DNA of 64,000 nucleotides from Octopus bimaculoides (Eukaryota): the NCBI RefSeq assembly GCF_001194135.2, contig NC_068983.1, positions 105,695,610-105,759,609 of the forward strand, written 5' to 3'. Below, piece by piece: positions 50,401 through 58,589 of this stretch. The translations under genes and the position numbers were made by a program. Position 1 is the stretch's first letter. Each line of letters starts with the position of its first letter. The notes beneath the pieces are model-generated. The model was given only the letters and a program-made list of their open reading frames with translations. It made no database searches and was not told where the DNA came from.

Positions 50401-52291
50401 AAACTTGTTTGTATACCACCTTTGCCAAATTGACTCACTTCATCCATCTTTTCTCTGGCTTATAAGTAACTTTGGTCATTAGACATTTATGGAACTGGAG
50501 TGATAATTTTATGACAATTTTCATTTTGTTGGTAATATAAATAAATTGAAACAAAAAATAGTGAAGTTAAAATAGATACTCACTGACTGACAGTAAGATG
50601 TGAGAGATGTAGAATACATCTTGAATTTAGCAGGAGTAGTTTCAAAGTTCAAAATTGGACTTAATTTAAATAAATGACATGTATTCTTCAGGGCTAGTTA
50701 AAAAAAAAAAAAGTAAAATCAGAGATGGTACTGAAAGATATTAAACTATTTAGTATTTAAATTCAACATGTATGCTGTGGATCAAAGTCATAATTCATCA
50801 GAGTCATGCACTAATTTCCTAATTTAGATCTATAAGTTAAGACCGTTCTCTTGAGATTCATAACTTTCTTATAGTGAAATTTAACATGCAGTATAAAATG
50901 GTAAAAGAAGGCATCTGTAGCTGCATCAGATTTAAAAAATTACTTTTGGAAACAACATATGTCATTTCATGGCTACATAGAGACACTTTCCTGTATTTAC
51001 TCTTACCTTAAATCATAGAAACAATATTGAAAAGCAAAAACTTTAAACAATGTAAAAATGATTTTCTGATGTTTGCAACACTCAGCATATAGTCAAGAGT
51101 TCTCACAGCTCACATCATATCTTGCCCTCTTTCTTTACTCAAAACTTAATACATATAACATAATATCTCTTGACTGATGTACAGATCTTCTCTGCAGGTA
51201 ACCTTAAAAACATGCTGCAATGGAAACATCTCAACTTCATCTTAGTCAATAGTACCAATGAATCTGCCTCTATACATCTCAAGATGAGCGCAACAATGCA
51301 TTCACACTATCCTTGAAGAACGCGTAGGGAAAGTTCCTAACACTCAACAAATGCTAGGTCTTGCTTTCTCTGGTGAATGCACAAGGTTGATCATGAATAT
51401 ATCACTAGATTTATTCTTCAGAGCTAGAAAAGACTGCAGCCTTGAACAGTATCCTGACTGCATGCATGGTATAATTTTGTACTAGATGTGGTGATGTGGG
51501 ACAGTGCATTAACAAGCACATTCTGCACTGCATCCATACAAAAAAAACCATGTGAATGAAAAGAAAAAAAACTTTTACTAACACTCTTCATGTTCACTAT
51601 ATATATATCGATTTTTACTATAGCAGTTTGCTCTTCAGAACTTGTTTGTATACCACCTTTGCCAAATTGACTCACTTCATCCATCTTTTCTCTGTCTAAC
51701 ATCACTCTTTCTCATTAAGTACATTGCATAATCTTGCTTCCTCACATCTGCAATATGAAACACACTCAGCCTATTCCCCTTCTCCTATAACACACTACAT
51801 TAACTCTATTCAGCAGTTCATACACATCAAATTAGGTGACCTAAGAAAGGCTAGGTGCACTATTTCTCCTCAAAGAAATTTCCAGTGAATTAACATTAAC
51901 TTAGCTTTGCAAATCAAAATTATACATGTTAATCCTAGTGTATAAAACAAAAGTTTCTTTCATGTGCTTGATTTTATATCAGAATAAGTACGGAGAATAC
52001 CTGGTATCTTTGGTGGAGCAACTGCTTTAGCTGCTGATTGTATTTCACCTGTAAATATAAAAATGGAGTATGAGAAATTGCTTACATAAACAACTTTCCT
52101 TCTATATTTACTGATTTTACTTTTACGAATGCAGTTTAAATGATAAATATACAAAACAAAATTCTTAACAGTAGTTTTCATTATCTACATTGTATCAATG
52201 AATAAATTTCTTTAAAAGGAATTTTAAAATATATACTTGGTAGTTTTCGTATTACAGGTGTTCTTGTATGAAATTGTGGTGGCAAGGACAT
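29901..52291 (-). CDS. CENPL: Centromere protein L (CENP-L-like, CCAN inner kinetochore subunit), 11 coding exons, 312 aa
   Basis: Exons 52291-52237, 52048-52001, 50693-50584, 49041-48966, 46794-46753, 42267-42116, 38816-38726, 36549-36441, 33961-33856, 31146-31084, 29987-29901. All are GT-AG; intron phases 1,1,0,1,1,0,1,2,0,0 join into 939 nt with no internal stop. Protein: MSLPPQFHTRTPVIRKLPSEIQSAAKAVAPPKIPALKNTCHLFKLSPILNFETTPAKFKMYSTSLTSYCQSKTKGIHSVSVSSCNFTTLEGFKVSEADKDAVQLTMYTKKGTQNKMILLALMCCVDLSPHFTAHEKPFSCYPVMIIRGSSMLRSWTCEWFEKEFHAKISPLHFSSIDLCWMLSLWTGKINSDVASPTYLVFQVPDEIKGMNEVKIAIDTKDLQYVWDKIHPDPNDSEFTIDQVNEFISQIELFYYEVLKIKITSLKLIKIRNALASVSVNGVFKLCSSNHLVHILGLFCQMSVEQLSFIYTT. The segment CCV...FSCYPVMIIRG...WFEKEFHAKISPL...DLCWMLSLWT parallels human CENP-L as I recall it (FCCV...FTCLPLFLANG...WFQKTFDCYFSPL...NLSWMAAMWT). 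Confidence 0.88.
31084..31146 (-). CDS. CENPL: CENP-L-like exon (SLKLIKIRNALASVSVNGVFK)
   Basis: tttttctttattttttAG acceptor, GTAAGT donor, 63 nt, phase 0/0. Confidence 0.87.
32359..33566 (-). mobile_element. Near full-length mariner (D,D34D) transposon, inactivated
   Basis: ~1.2 kb with imperfect ~35-bp TIRs (acgagaggccaactgaaaggttcatagg / rc ataagggtgggctgaaaagttgacagg). Peptide GVLFH*DNAPAH...YSPDLSPSDY has 34 residues between the Ds. Confidence 0.85.
33856..33961 (-). CDS. CENPL: CENP-L-like exon (KIHPDPNDSEFTIDQVNEF...LKIKIT)
   Basis: ttccttgcAG acceptor, GTAAGT donor, 106 nt. Confidence 0.88.
35631..36393. mobile_element. TIR element (TACTGTATATACT...GAGTATATATAGTA) interrupted by a SINE
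   Basis: 13-14 bp terminal inverted repeats; SINE 35868-36260 lies inside. Confidence 0.55.
35868..36260 (+). mobile_element. Young full-length tRNA-derived SINE with internal (TA)n/(TG)n; the main family of the window
   Basis: aggcgcaggagtggctgtgtggtaag...ggttcagtccc head and ...gactgaaacaagtaaaagagta tail. Other + copies at 24800-25075, 32200-32358 with 33567-33790, 39799-39962, 41485-41697, 42992-43307, 44343-44706, 53688-53839, 56794-57220. Minus copies at 27240-27385, 38230-38320, 57392-57772. Confidence 0.9.
36441..36549 (-). CDS. CENPL: CENP-L-like exon (DVASPTYLVFQVPDEIKG...LQYVWD)
   Basis: ttttcttcttctttcaAG acceptor, GTAAGT donor, 109 nt. Confidence 0.88.
37675..37862 (-). mobile_element. 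Terminal fragment of the DD37D (maT-like) element
   Basis: TACAGGGTACGGTGAATAAATTG TIR and the next ~130 bp match 52354-52475. Confidence 0.75.
37870..38105 (-). mobile_element. RTE LINE 3' end remnant
   Basis: Frameshifted HVLHMDEDSCV...EGTCGRGRPRKTW...KHDLRML...EKT, typical of the RTE ORF2 C-terminus. Confidence 0.75.
38321..38530. mobile_element. 210-bp mariner-derived MITE (partial copy at ~26790-26915)
   Basis: 31-bp TIRs tatgagggggtgctgaaaagttcctggcttt / rc taagaggggatgctgaaaagttcctggcttt (2 mismatches). The gctgaaaagtt core is shared with the DD34D element TIR. Confidence 0.85.
38726..38816 (-). CDS. CENPL: CENP-L-like exon (KEFHAKISPLHFSSIDLCWMLSLWTGKINS)
   Basis: ttcctttgttttctctttcAG acceptor, G|GTTAGT donor, 91 nt. 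Confidence 0.9.
40429..40755 (-). mobile_element. Young RTE-tail retroposon ending in (GAT)n; + copies at 45039-45178 and 46418-46612
   Basis: Near-identical ...ggaagggcatccagctgtagaaactctgccaaatcagattggagcc...gttaaacgatgatgatg sequence in all three copies. Confidence 0.85.
42116..42267 (-). CDS. CENPL: CENP-L-like exon (GTQNKMILLALMCCV...SWTCEWFE)
   Basis: tatttgttttttgcAG acceptor, GAG|GTATAC donor (the one that keeps frame), 152 nt. Confidence 0.87.
45700..46260 (+). mobile_element. CR1/Jockey-type LINE 3' remnant
   Basis: Frameshifted peptide with GL.ITKDLS..KHI, ARRYF.PQQLL..YKA, HIWNSG..AHT...YIQKRA, characteristic of the post-RT region. Confidence 0.65.
46753..46794 (-). CDS. CENPL: CENP-L-like small exon (ADKDAVQLTMYTKK)
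   Basis: tttaacttcAG acceptor, GG|GTAATT donor, 42 nt, symmetric phase 1; only one frame is open. Confidence 0.82.
48966..49041 (-). CDS. CENPL: CENP-L-like exon (KTKGIHSVSVSSCNFTTLEGFKVSE)
   Basis: tttgttcttgcAG acceptor, AAG|GTATTT donor, 76 nt. Confidence 0.85.
49450..49527. repeat. 39-bp tandem duplication
   Basis: ctattgtgagatctaattgtgctgagtatggacataata followed by ctattgtgagatctaattgtgctgagtatggacacaatg. Confidence 0.92.
50045..50252. mobile_element. Rearranged tRNA-derived SINE (forward head, preceded by an apparently inverted tail)
   Basis: A box TGGAGTAGTGG at 50112, B-box-like AGTTCAATTCC near 50156, (AAT)n, ends CCTGATG at 50252. The assignment of 50045-50104 as its inverted 3' part is from recollection of the family. 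Confidence 0.55.
50584..50693 (-). CDS. CENPL: CENP-L-like exon (ALKNTCHLFKLSPILNF...TSYCQS)
   Basis: Poly-T tract plus aactAG acceptor, GTGAGT donor, 110 nt. Confidence 0.88.
52001..52048 (-). CDS. CENPL: CENP-L-like exon (SEIQSAAKAVAPPKIP)
   Basis: tttatatttacAG acceptor, G|GTATTC donor, 48 nt, phase 1/1. Confidence 0.8.
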
Positions 52292-52304
52292 TTTGGTAAA
52301 ATTC
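52237..52304 (-). CDS. CENPL: CENP-L-like exon with start codon (ATG at 52291; MSLPPQFHTRTPVIRKLP)
   Basis: Strong acceptor tttttttttcttttttcAG before 52304, 13 nt leader, donor GTATAT. The acceptor implies an upstream exon that I did not locate. Confidence 0.75.
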
Positions 52305-52353
52305 CTGAAAAAAGAAAAAAAAATTCACATATATATATATATATATATACACA

Positions 52354-53255
52354 TACAGGGTGCAGTGAATAAACTGTTGTCTAAATTACGTAAAAATGAA
52401 ATTAATACTGACATCTCATTTTAACAGATACATTTACCAAAATTACATAAAAATATCTTGAAATACTAAAGAGTANNNNNNNNNNNNNNNNNNNNNNNNN
52501 NNNNNNNNNNNNNNNNNNNNNNNNNNNNNNNNNNNNNNNNNNNNNNNNNNNNNNNNNNNNNNNNNNNNNNNNNNNNNNNNNNNNNNNNNNNNNNNNNNNN
52601 NNNNNNNNNNNNNNNNNNTGTTTAAGTTGGTGAATATTGCCATAATCTTTGCCTTCAGTTCATCTTTGGTATTACAAGAAATGTTGTTGGTCTCTCACTC
52701 AACAGTGTGCCACACATAATAATCAAGGGGGTTGCAGTCTAGGGAGTTAGGTAGCCAGATGTTAAAGGTGATGTGCTCGCAGAAATTGTCTAACAGCCAT
52801 GACTGGGTTCTCCTGCTTGTGTGCCATGGTGCAGAGTCCTGTTGCCAGACATAAGGTCTTCCAGCAGCCACCCTCTTGACCCAGGGCAGCACTACCTCCT
52901 CTAGGCACTTGATGTAGGCCTCTGTGTTGAGTCTGAGGGCGTGTGGGAAGGTGAATTGAGGCATAACTTCACCATCACTAGTGATCACTCCAAACACCAT
53001 GATGTTGACTGGATGCTTGATTTTTATCACTCTTGGTACATGTTTTGGAGATACAGCAAGCCAACAGTTGCTCTGTGTTTGCCCTTTGTTCATTTTGGAT
53101 TTTCCGGTATGAATGCCAAACAGCACTGCATGTCATTTCCAAATTTCTTGCAGAGTGAATTGCGTCATGGTGGTGTTTTCCTCACAGACCCTACTATGCT
53201 GTGTAGTTGACAAAATCAAAAATATAAAATGGCGACAATTTACCCATCGCACCCA

Positions 53256-53258
<3 letters not shown>
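52354..53258 (-). mobile_element. Internally deleted DD37D (maT/mori-like) Tc1/mariner element
   Basis: TIRs tacagggtgcagtgaataaactg / rc tactgggtgcgatgggtaaattg. Peptide IMVFGVI...WQQDSAPWH...NSLDCNPLDYYVW has 37 residues between the Ds. Spans an N gap. Confidence 0.85.
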
Positions 53259-53313
<55 letters not shown>

Positions 53314-53329
53314 GGTGATNNNNNNNNNN

Positions 53330-53655
53330 TTGCAATGCCACAAATGCTGAAAGGTACCTCACCAGGCTGCAAGATGAAATCTGGCCAGTTATCAGTACTT
53401 GGGAGAATATTGAAGATTTGATTTTTATGCAAGATGGTGCTCCTCCACATTTTGCTATTGTTTGTGATTGGCTAATTGCCAACTTTCCTGGGCGATGGAT
53501 GGGTCATCGAGGTCTGCGTGATTGGCCGGCCAGAATCCCTGGTTTAACACCCTGCGATTCTTTTCTTTGGGGTTGGTTAAAGGAGCAAGTCTACTCTACC
53601 AAACCAACAACTTTGGAAGGACTTGAAGGGTGCATACGAGAAGTTATGTTTTCAC
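53330..53655 (+). pseudogene. DD41D (rosa-like) transposase fragment
   Basis: FMQDGAPPHF...FPGRWMGHRG..DWPARIPGLTPCDSFLWGWLKEQVY. There are 40 residues between the Ds, consistent with DD41D after a one-codon deletion. Confidence 0.75.
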
Positions 53656-54396
53656 ATATTCATTTTTCTAAAAATTATAATCAATATAGGCGCAGGAGTG
53701 GCTGTGTGGTAAGTAGCTTGCTTATGAACCACATGGTTCCAGGTTCATTCCTACTGCATGGCACCTTGGGCAAGTGTCCTCTACTATAGCCTTGGGCCGA
53801 CCAAAACCTTTTGAGTGGATTTGGTAGACGGAAACTGAANNNNNNNNNNNNNNNNNNNNNNNNNNNNNNNNNNNNNNNNNNNNNNNNNNNNNNNNNNNNN
53901 NNNNNNNNNNNNNNNNNNNNNNNNNNNNNNNNNNNNNNNNNNNNNNNNNNNNNNNNNNNNNNNNNNNNNNNNNNNNNNNNNNNNNNNNNNNNNNNNNNNN
54001 NNNNNNNNNNNNNNNNNNNNNNNNNNNNNNNNNNNNNNNNNNNNNNNNNNNNNNNNNNNNNNNNNNNNNNNNNNNNNNNNNNNNNNNNNNNNNNNNNNNN
54101 NNNNNNNNNNNNNNNNNNNNNNNNNNNNNNNNNNNNNNNNNNNNNNNNNNNNNNNNNNNNNNNNNNNNNNNNNNNNNNNNNNNNNNNNNNNNNNNNNNNN
54201 NNNNNNNNNNNNNNNNNNNNNNNNNNNNNNNNNNNNNNNNNNNNNNNNNNNNNNNNNNNNNNNNNNNNNNNNNNNNNNNNNNNNNNNNNNNNNNNNNNNN
54301 NNNNNNNNNNNNNNNNNNNNNNNNNNNNNNNNNNNNNNNNNNNNNNNNNNNNNNNNNNNNNNNNNNNNNNNNNNNNNNNNNNNNNNNNNNNNNNNN

Positions 54397-54440
<44 letters not shown>

Positions 54441-54539
54441 TGTGTGTATGCATTGCTATATTATTGTAGACATGTAGTTAGCAAACAAGTTTGATACATC
54501 TTCAAATCTGACAACTTTCGTCAAGCCCAAATACATCTA

Positions 54540-55700
54540 GTACTGAAGCATCTACGTGGTCACCCGACTCGCAAAAAATAGTAGCTACATATCATTAACT
54601 CTACTCTCTTAAATAAAGGATGGAAACATTAGGTAACGTTATCTTACATACCACTAAATGGTCGCGGCCGGAAAATCTTTGATACGTGGTTTCCTGGATC
54701 AATGCTGACCTGGGTCAGCGCACTGTTTACACATCTAAATGGTTCACTATCATGAATTCCAAATGTCAGCACTGATTTGCCTCCCTGTCTCTATAAGGAC
54801 AGAGAGAAAGTTCAGCAATTACTTTTTCTTTATAGTCTCGCAAAGCGTTTTTTTCTCCCGACTTTTATATTGTTGCATTATAGTTTCTATGATAATTATA
54901 AGCCATTTCTTGTTTCTACTGAGTGTTATATTCTATTGTATGCATTTCTAAGATAAACCGAGGACAGCCATAACAACAACGACTGCGTAAAGAAATCCTT
55001 GACGCAAATAAAGATACTATGGGCCCAACAATTAAGGTTGTAGGAACAGTATTTCATCCACCAGTTCCTGACTACACAGCAAAATTCAAGTAGACAAGTA
55101 TTCACTCGACAAAACACGAGTTTGACAAGACTGTCATCTACAAGTTTCAGTTACAAACTCTATACATACAAGTGAAAATAAACGGCCAATTTACGTTAGC
55201 TTTAGATATCGAAAGCCATATGAGGGATAGAATATACTAAACATTGAAATATAAAATATTTTTGATGAAAAAGATGACTTCATATGCCTTTGTTCATCAA
55301 CATAATTGTCACTTTCCTGGCTTAAAATGTAAGATAATTAAAATAACTTCAAAATATAAAATGATGCCGAGTATTAACTAATCAACATTTCGAAAGAATG
55401 TATCAAAATTAAATTGAATATGTTAATAACTAAATTATCCATCTTAAAATTATTAGTTAAAGCAATTTACCTTTCCAGAAAGAAAGAAAAGTCTAAGAAA
55501 TTAGCAGTCTATATATAAGTATAATACAATGATAATTGCCATGAAATATACAACCAAACTGGCGAAGGTAATCAACAAACTTAATGTCGCGCCTAAAAAG
55601 CAGATGTGTTTTGATTGGTTAAAAATTGTTGTCGGGTCCATCCAAGTAAATATGAATTTCGAGTAGATAAAGTTGGAGTTACCTCCCCTTGGTCTCTCCT
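54540..55700 (-). promoter_or_regulatory. Candidate promoter / first non-coding exon region of the CENP-L-like gene
   Basis: By eye, CpG rises here relative to the gene bodies. It lies upstream of the acceptor at 52304, with a CCAAT on the minus strand near 55613-55618. No exon boundary was fixed, and part of the interval is repeat-derived. Confidence 0.3.
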
Positions 55701-55737
55701 TACTCTCTCTCTCTCTCTGTTTTAATTTAAAACTGCT

Positions 55738-56190
55738 TAGACTGCAACTCAGTCAGACATTCTTGTTGCCCGATATCAACTGCATTTGTCCCAAATGAGT
55801 CTACCAACCAGCTTGGAATGTCCATTTCCAGGAGATCTTTGAACTTAATTTTCATATCAATCAGTTTCTTGAAGTATTCAATGTACACTAAAATATCATC
55901 CTCTTATTGTTTCTCCTCATTAATGGCAATGGTTTGGAAATGCATCAACTCATGAACAATATTTATCTTGAATAGGTTAAGTTTTCCAAGGAAAGCACTA
56001 ACAGCCTCTTTGCAAATTAAAGATTTGTAATTTTACCTTGTAATTGTTTGTTTAGCAAATTTTACAACTCAAATACATCTGCAAGGTAGGATATGACACA
56101 TTTTGGCTGTTGGTATTTCTTCACCAAATTGCTAACTATTCAAAAACATTATGACCAGTGTTACCCAACCTATTTTCACCCAGACCCAAC
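55738..56190 (-). pseudogene. hAT (Buster/Charlie-like) transposase fragment
   Basis: Frameshifted ISYLADVFE..LLNKQLQG...VSAFLGKL.LF...DMKIKFKDLLEMDIPSWLVDSF; CAGTGTTACCCAAC terminus-like motif near 56157. Confidence 0.7.
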
Positions 56191-56274
56191 TATAACTTTC
56201 CAGAAAAATATATGCCCCACCAATGGGTGAAAAAAAAAACAACTATTTTATTTTAAATATTTTATCAGAAATAA

Positions 56275-56625
56275 TGGCGGAGAGCTGGCAGAATAGTTAG
56301 CACGCCGGACAAAATGCTTAAAGGTATTTCGTCTGCCACTGCGTTCTGAGTTCAAATTCCGCCGAGGTCGACTTTGCCTTTCATCCTTTCGGGGTCGATA
56401 AATTAAGTACCAGTTACGCACTGGGGTCGATATAATCGACTTAATCCGTTTGTCTGTCCTTGTTTGTCCCCTCTGTGTGTAGCCCCTTGTGGGCAGTAAA
56501 GAAATAGGTATTTCGTCTGCTGCTACATTCTGAATTTAAATTCGGCCAAGGCTGACTTTGCCTTTCATCCTTTCAGGGTCAATAAATTAAGTACCAGTTA
56601 AGTACTGGGGTCGAGTTAATTTCCC
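56275..56625 (+). mobile_element. Nin/Deu-core tRNA-derived SINE with internal duplication
   Basis: tggcggagagctggcagaatagttag head, gagttcaaattcc B box. The ggtatttcgtctgc...ctttcatcctttcggggtcgataaattaagtaccag...ctggggtcga block occurs twice (~56329 and ~56507). Confidence 0.85.
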
Positions 56626-56954
56626 TCAGCTTTATTGTTATTAAAGTAATGAAGAATATTTTTTTTACAGATTTCACCTGACTCAGCAGCCTTACATGGA
56701 GTGCAATAAAATTTATAAGACTTATTCATCACAGTTCATAGTGTTTGAATGCTGGAAATTAAAGTTAATTGTTAAATGAAAATTATTGCATATAGGTGCA
56801 GGCATGGCTGTGTAGTAAGAAGCTTGCTTTCCAACCACATGGCTCTGGGTTCAGTCCCGCTGTATGGCACCTTGGGCAAGTGTCTTCTACTATAGCCTTG
56901 GGCTGACCAAAGCATTCTGAGAGGATTTGGTAGATGTAAACTGAAAGAAAGCTG

Positions 56955-57000
<46 letters not shown>

Positions 57001-58589
57001 ATGTATGTTTGTATATATGTGTGTGTCTCTGTGTTTGTTTGCCCCCCCCCCATCCCCACTTGACAACTGGTGTTGGTGTGTTTATGTTCCTGTAACTCGG
57101 TGGTTCACCAAAAGTACCAGGCTTTAAAAAACAAGTCCTGAGGTCAATTCATCTGACTAAAAATTCTTCAAGACAGTGCCCCAGCATGGCCACAGTCTAA
57201 TGACTGAAACAAGTAAAAGATACTGGCAGATTGATGGAATTGCTAAGGCATCTGAGAAAATGCTCAGTTTATGTTTTTAGGTCTAGTTTCAATGTAGTCA
57301 AGTTTACATAAAATTATGTGTACAAGTCAAAATTGTTCTGTGTTTCTATTAAACATTCTAGATGTCTGTATGCTGGCTGACTTAATTCTTTTATTCTTTT
57401 ACTTGTTTCAGTCATTTGACTGCGGCCATGCTGGAGCACCGCCTTTAGTCGAATCAAATCGACCCCAGGACTTATTCTTTGTAAGCCTAGTACATATTCT
57501 ATCGGTCTCTTTTTGCCGAACCGCTAAGTTATGGGTACCTAAACACACCAGCATCGATTGTCAAGCGATGTTGGGGGGACAAACACAGATACACAACATA
57601 TACATACATACATATATATATACATATATACGACAGGCTTCTTTCAGTTTCCGTCTACCAAATCCACTCACAAGGCTTTGGTCGGCCCGAGGCTATAGTA
57701 GAAGACACTTGCCCAAGGTGCCATGCAGTGGGACTGAACCCGGAACCATGTGGCTGGTAAGCAAGCTACTTATGTTTAACAAAGTACATAAATAGCCTTT
57801 ATTAGTATACAGGCCCTTTAACAACTAATCAATCATTGGTAATTTCTTCAACCATTGCAAGCTTAGTGAGGGAGTGGTTTAATCACTGACAACCCAACCA
57901 TGCAACAGGTTATACTGGATTCCATGTTACCAGCAGCACTCATGAGAGACCTCGCACAAATGAACCTAGCATACATTCTACATCTATCTAGCAATAGCAG
58001 AGACTCTCTGAAATTCCAGGTTGATGTCCAGCATGTTGGAAGACCACTGGGAGAGAGGTACCCCTTAGCTTTTGTTAAAACATATCTCTAGGAGACGGTC
58101 ACTCTTATATAAAACCAGATACACAGGAAATGGCACTAAACATTTTTGAGATCTTTTAGCAGACCGAGGCTACTGTAACAAAGCAAGTCTAGTATATCGA
58201 AGTGAGGCTAGATGCCTTGTCAATATATTCATCTGCTGTGCAGGATGACTCACATATTACTATGTAATATGTAGCTCTTATACATAGCCTCCTGCTAGAC
58301 TTGAAAAAATTGAAAAAAAAAAAAAAATAGATGGCGTATGTAAATATGCAGTGCAAAAAGCAGGTAAGAACATTGACTACAAACAGAAGGATGCAATACA
58401 GCAAAAAAATGAGAAACTGAAATGAAAAGGTAAAGCATAATGGTATACAGAATATGAACACAAAGAAATAAGCAAAATGTTCAAGTCAATTAGGTAAAGT
58501 TTGAAGGAATACTGTGAAGAACAAAACTGCGTCATTGGTGATGCATGTTGAAAAGTCTTTGGTAAGTTTACAAATAGTTCATTATAGTT

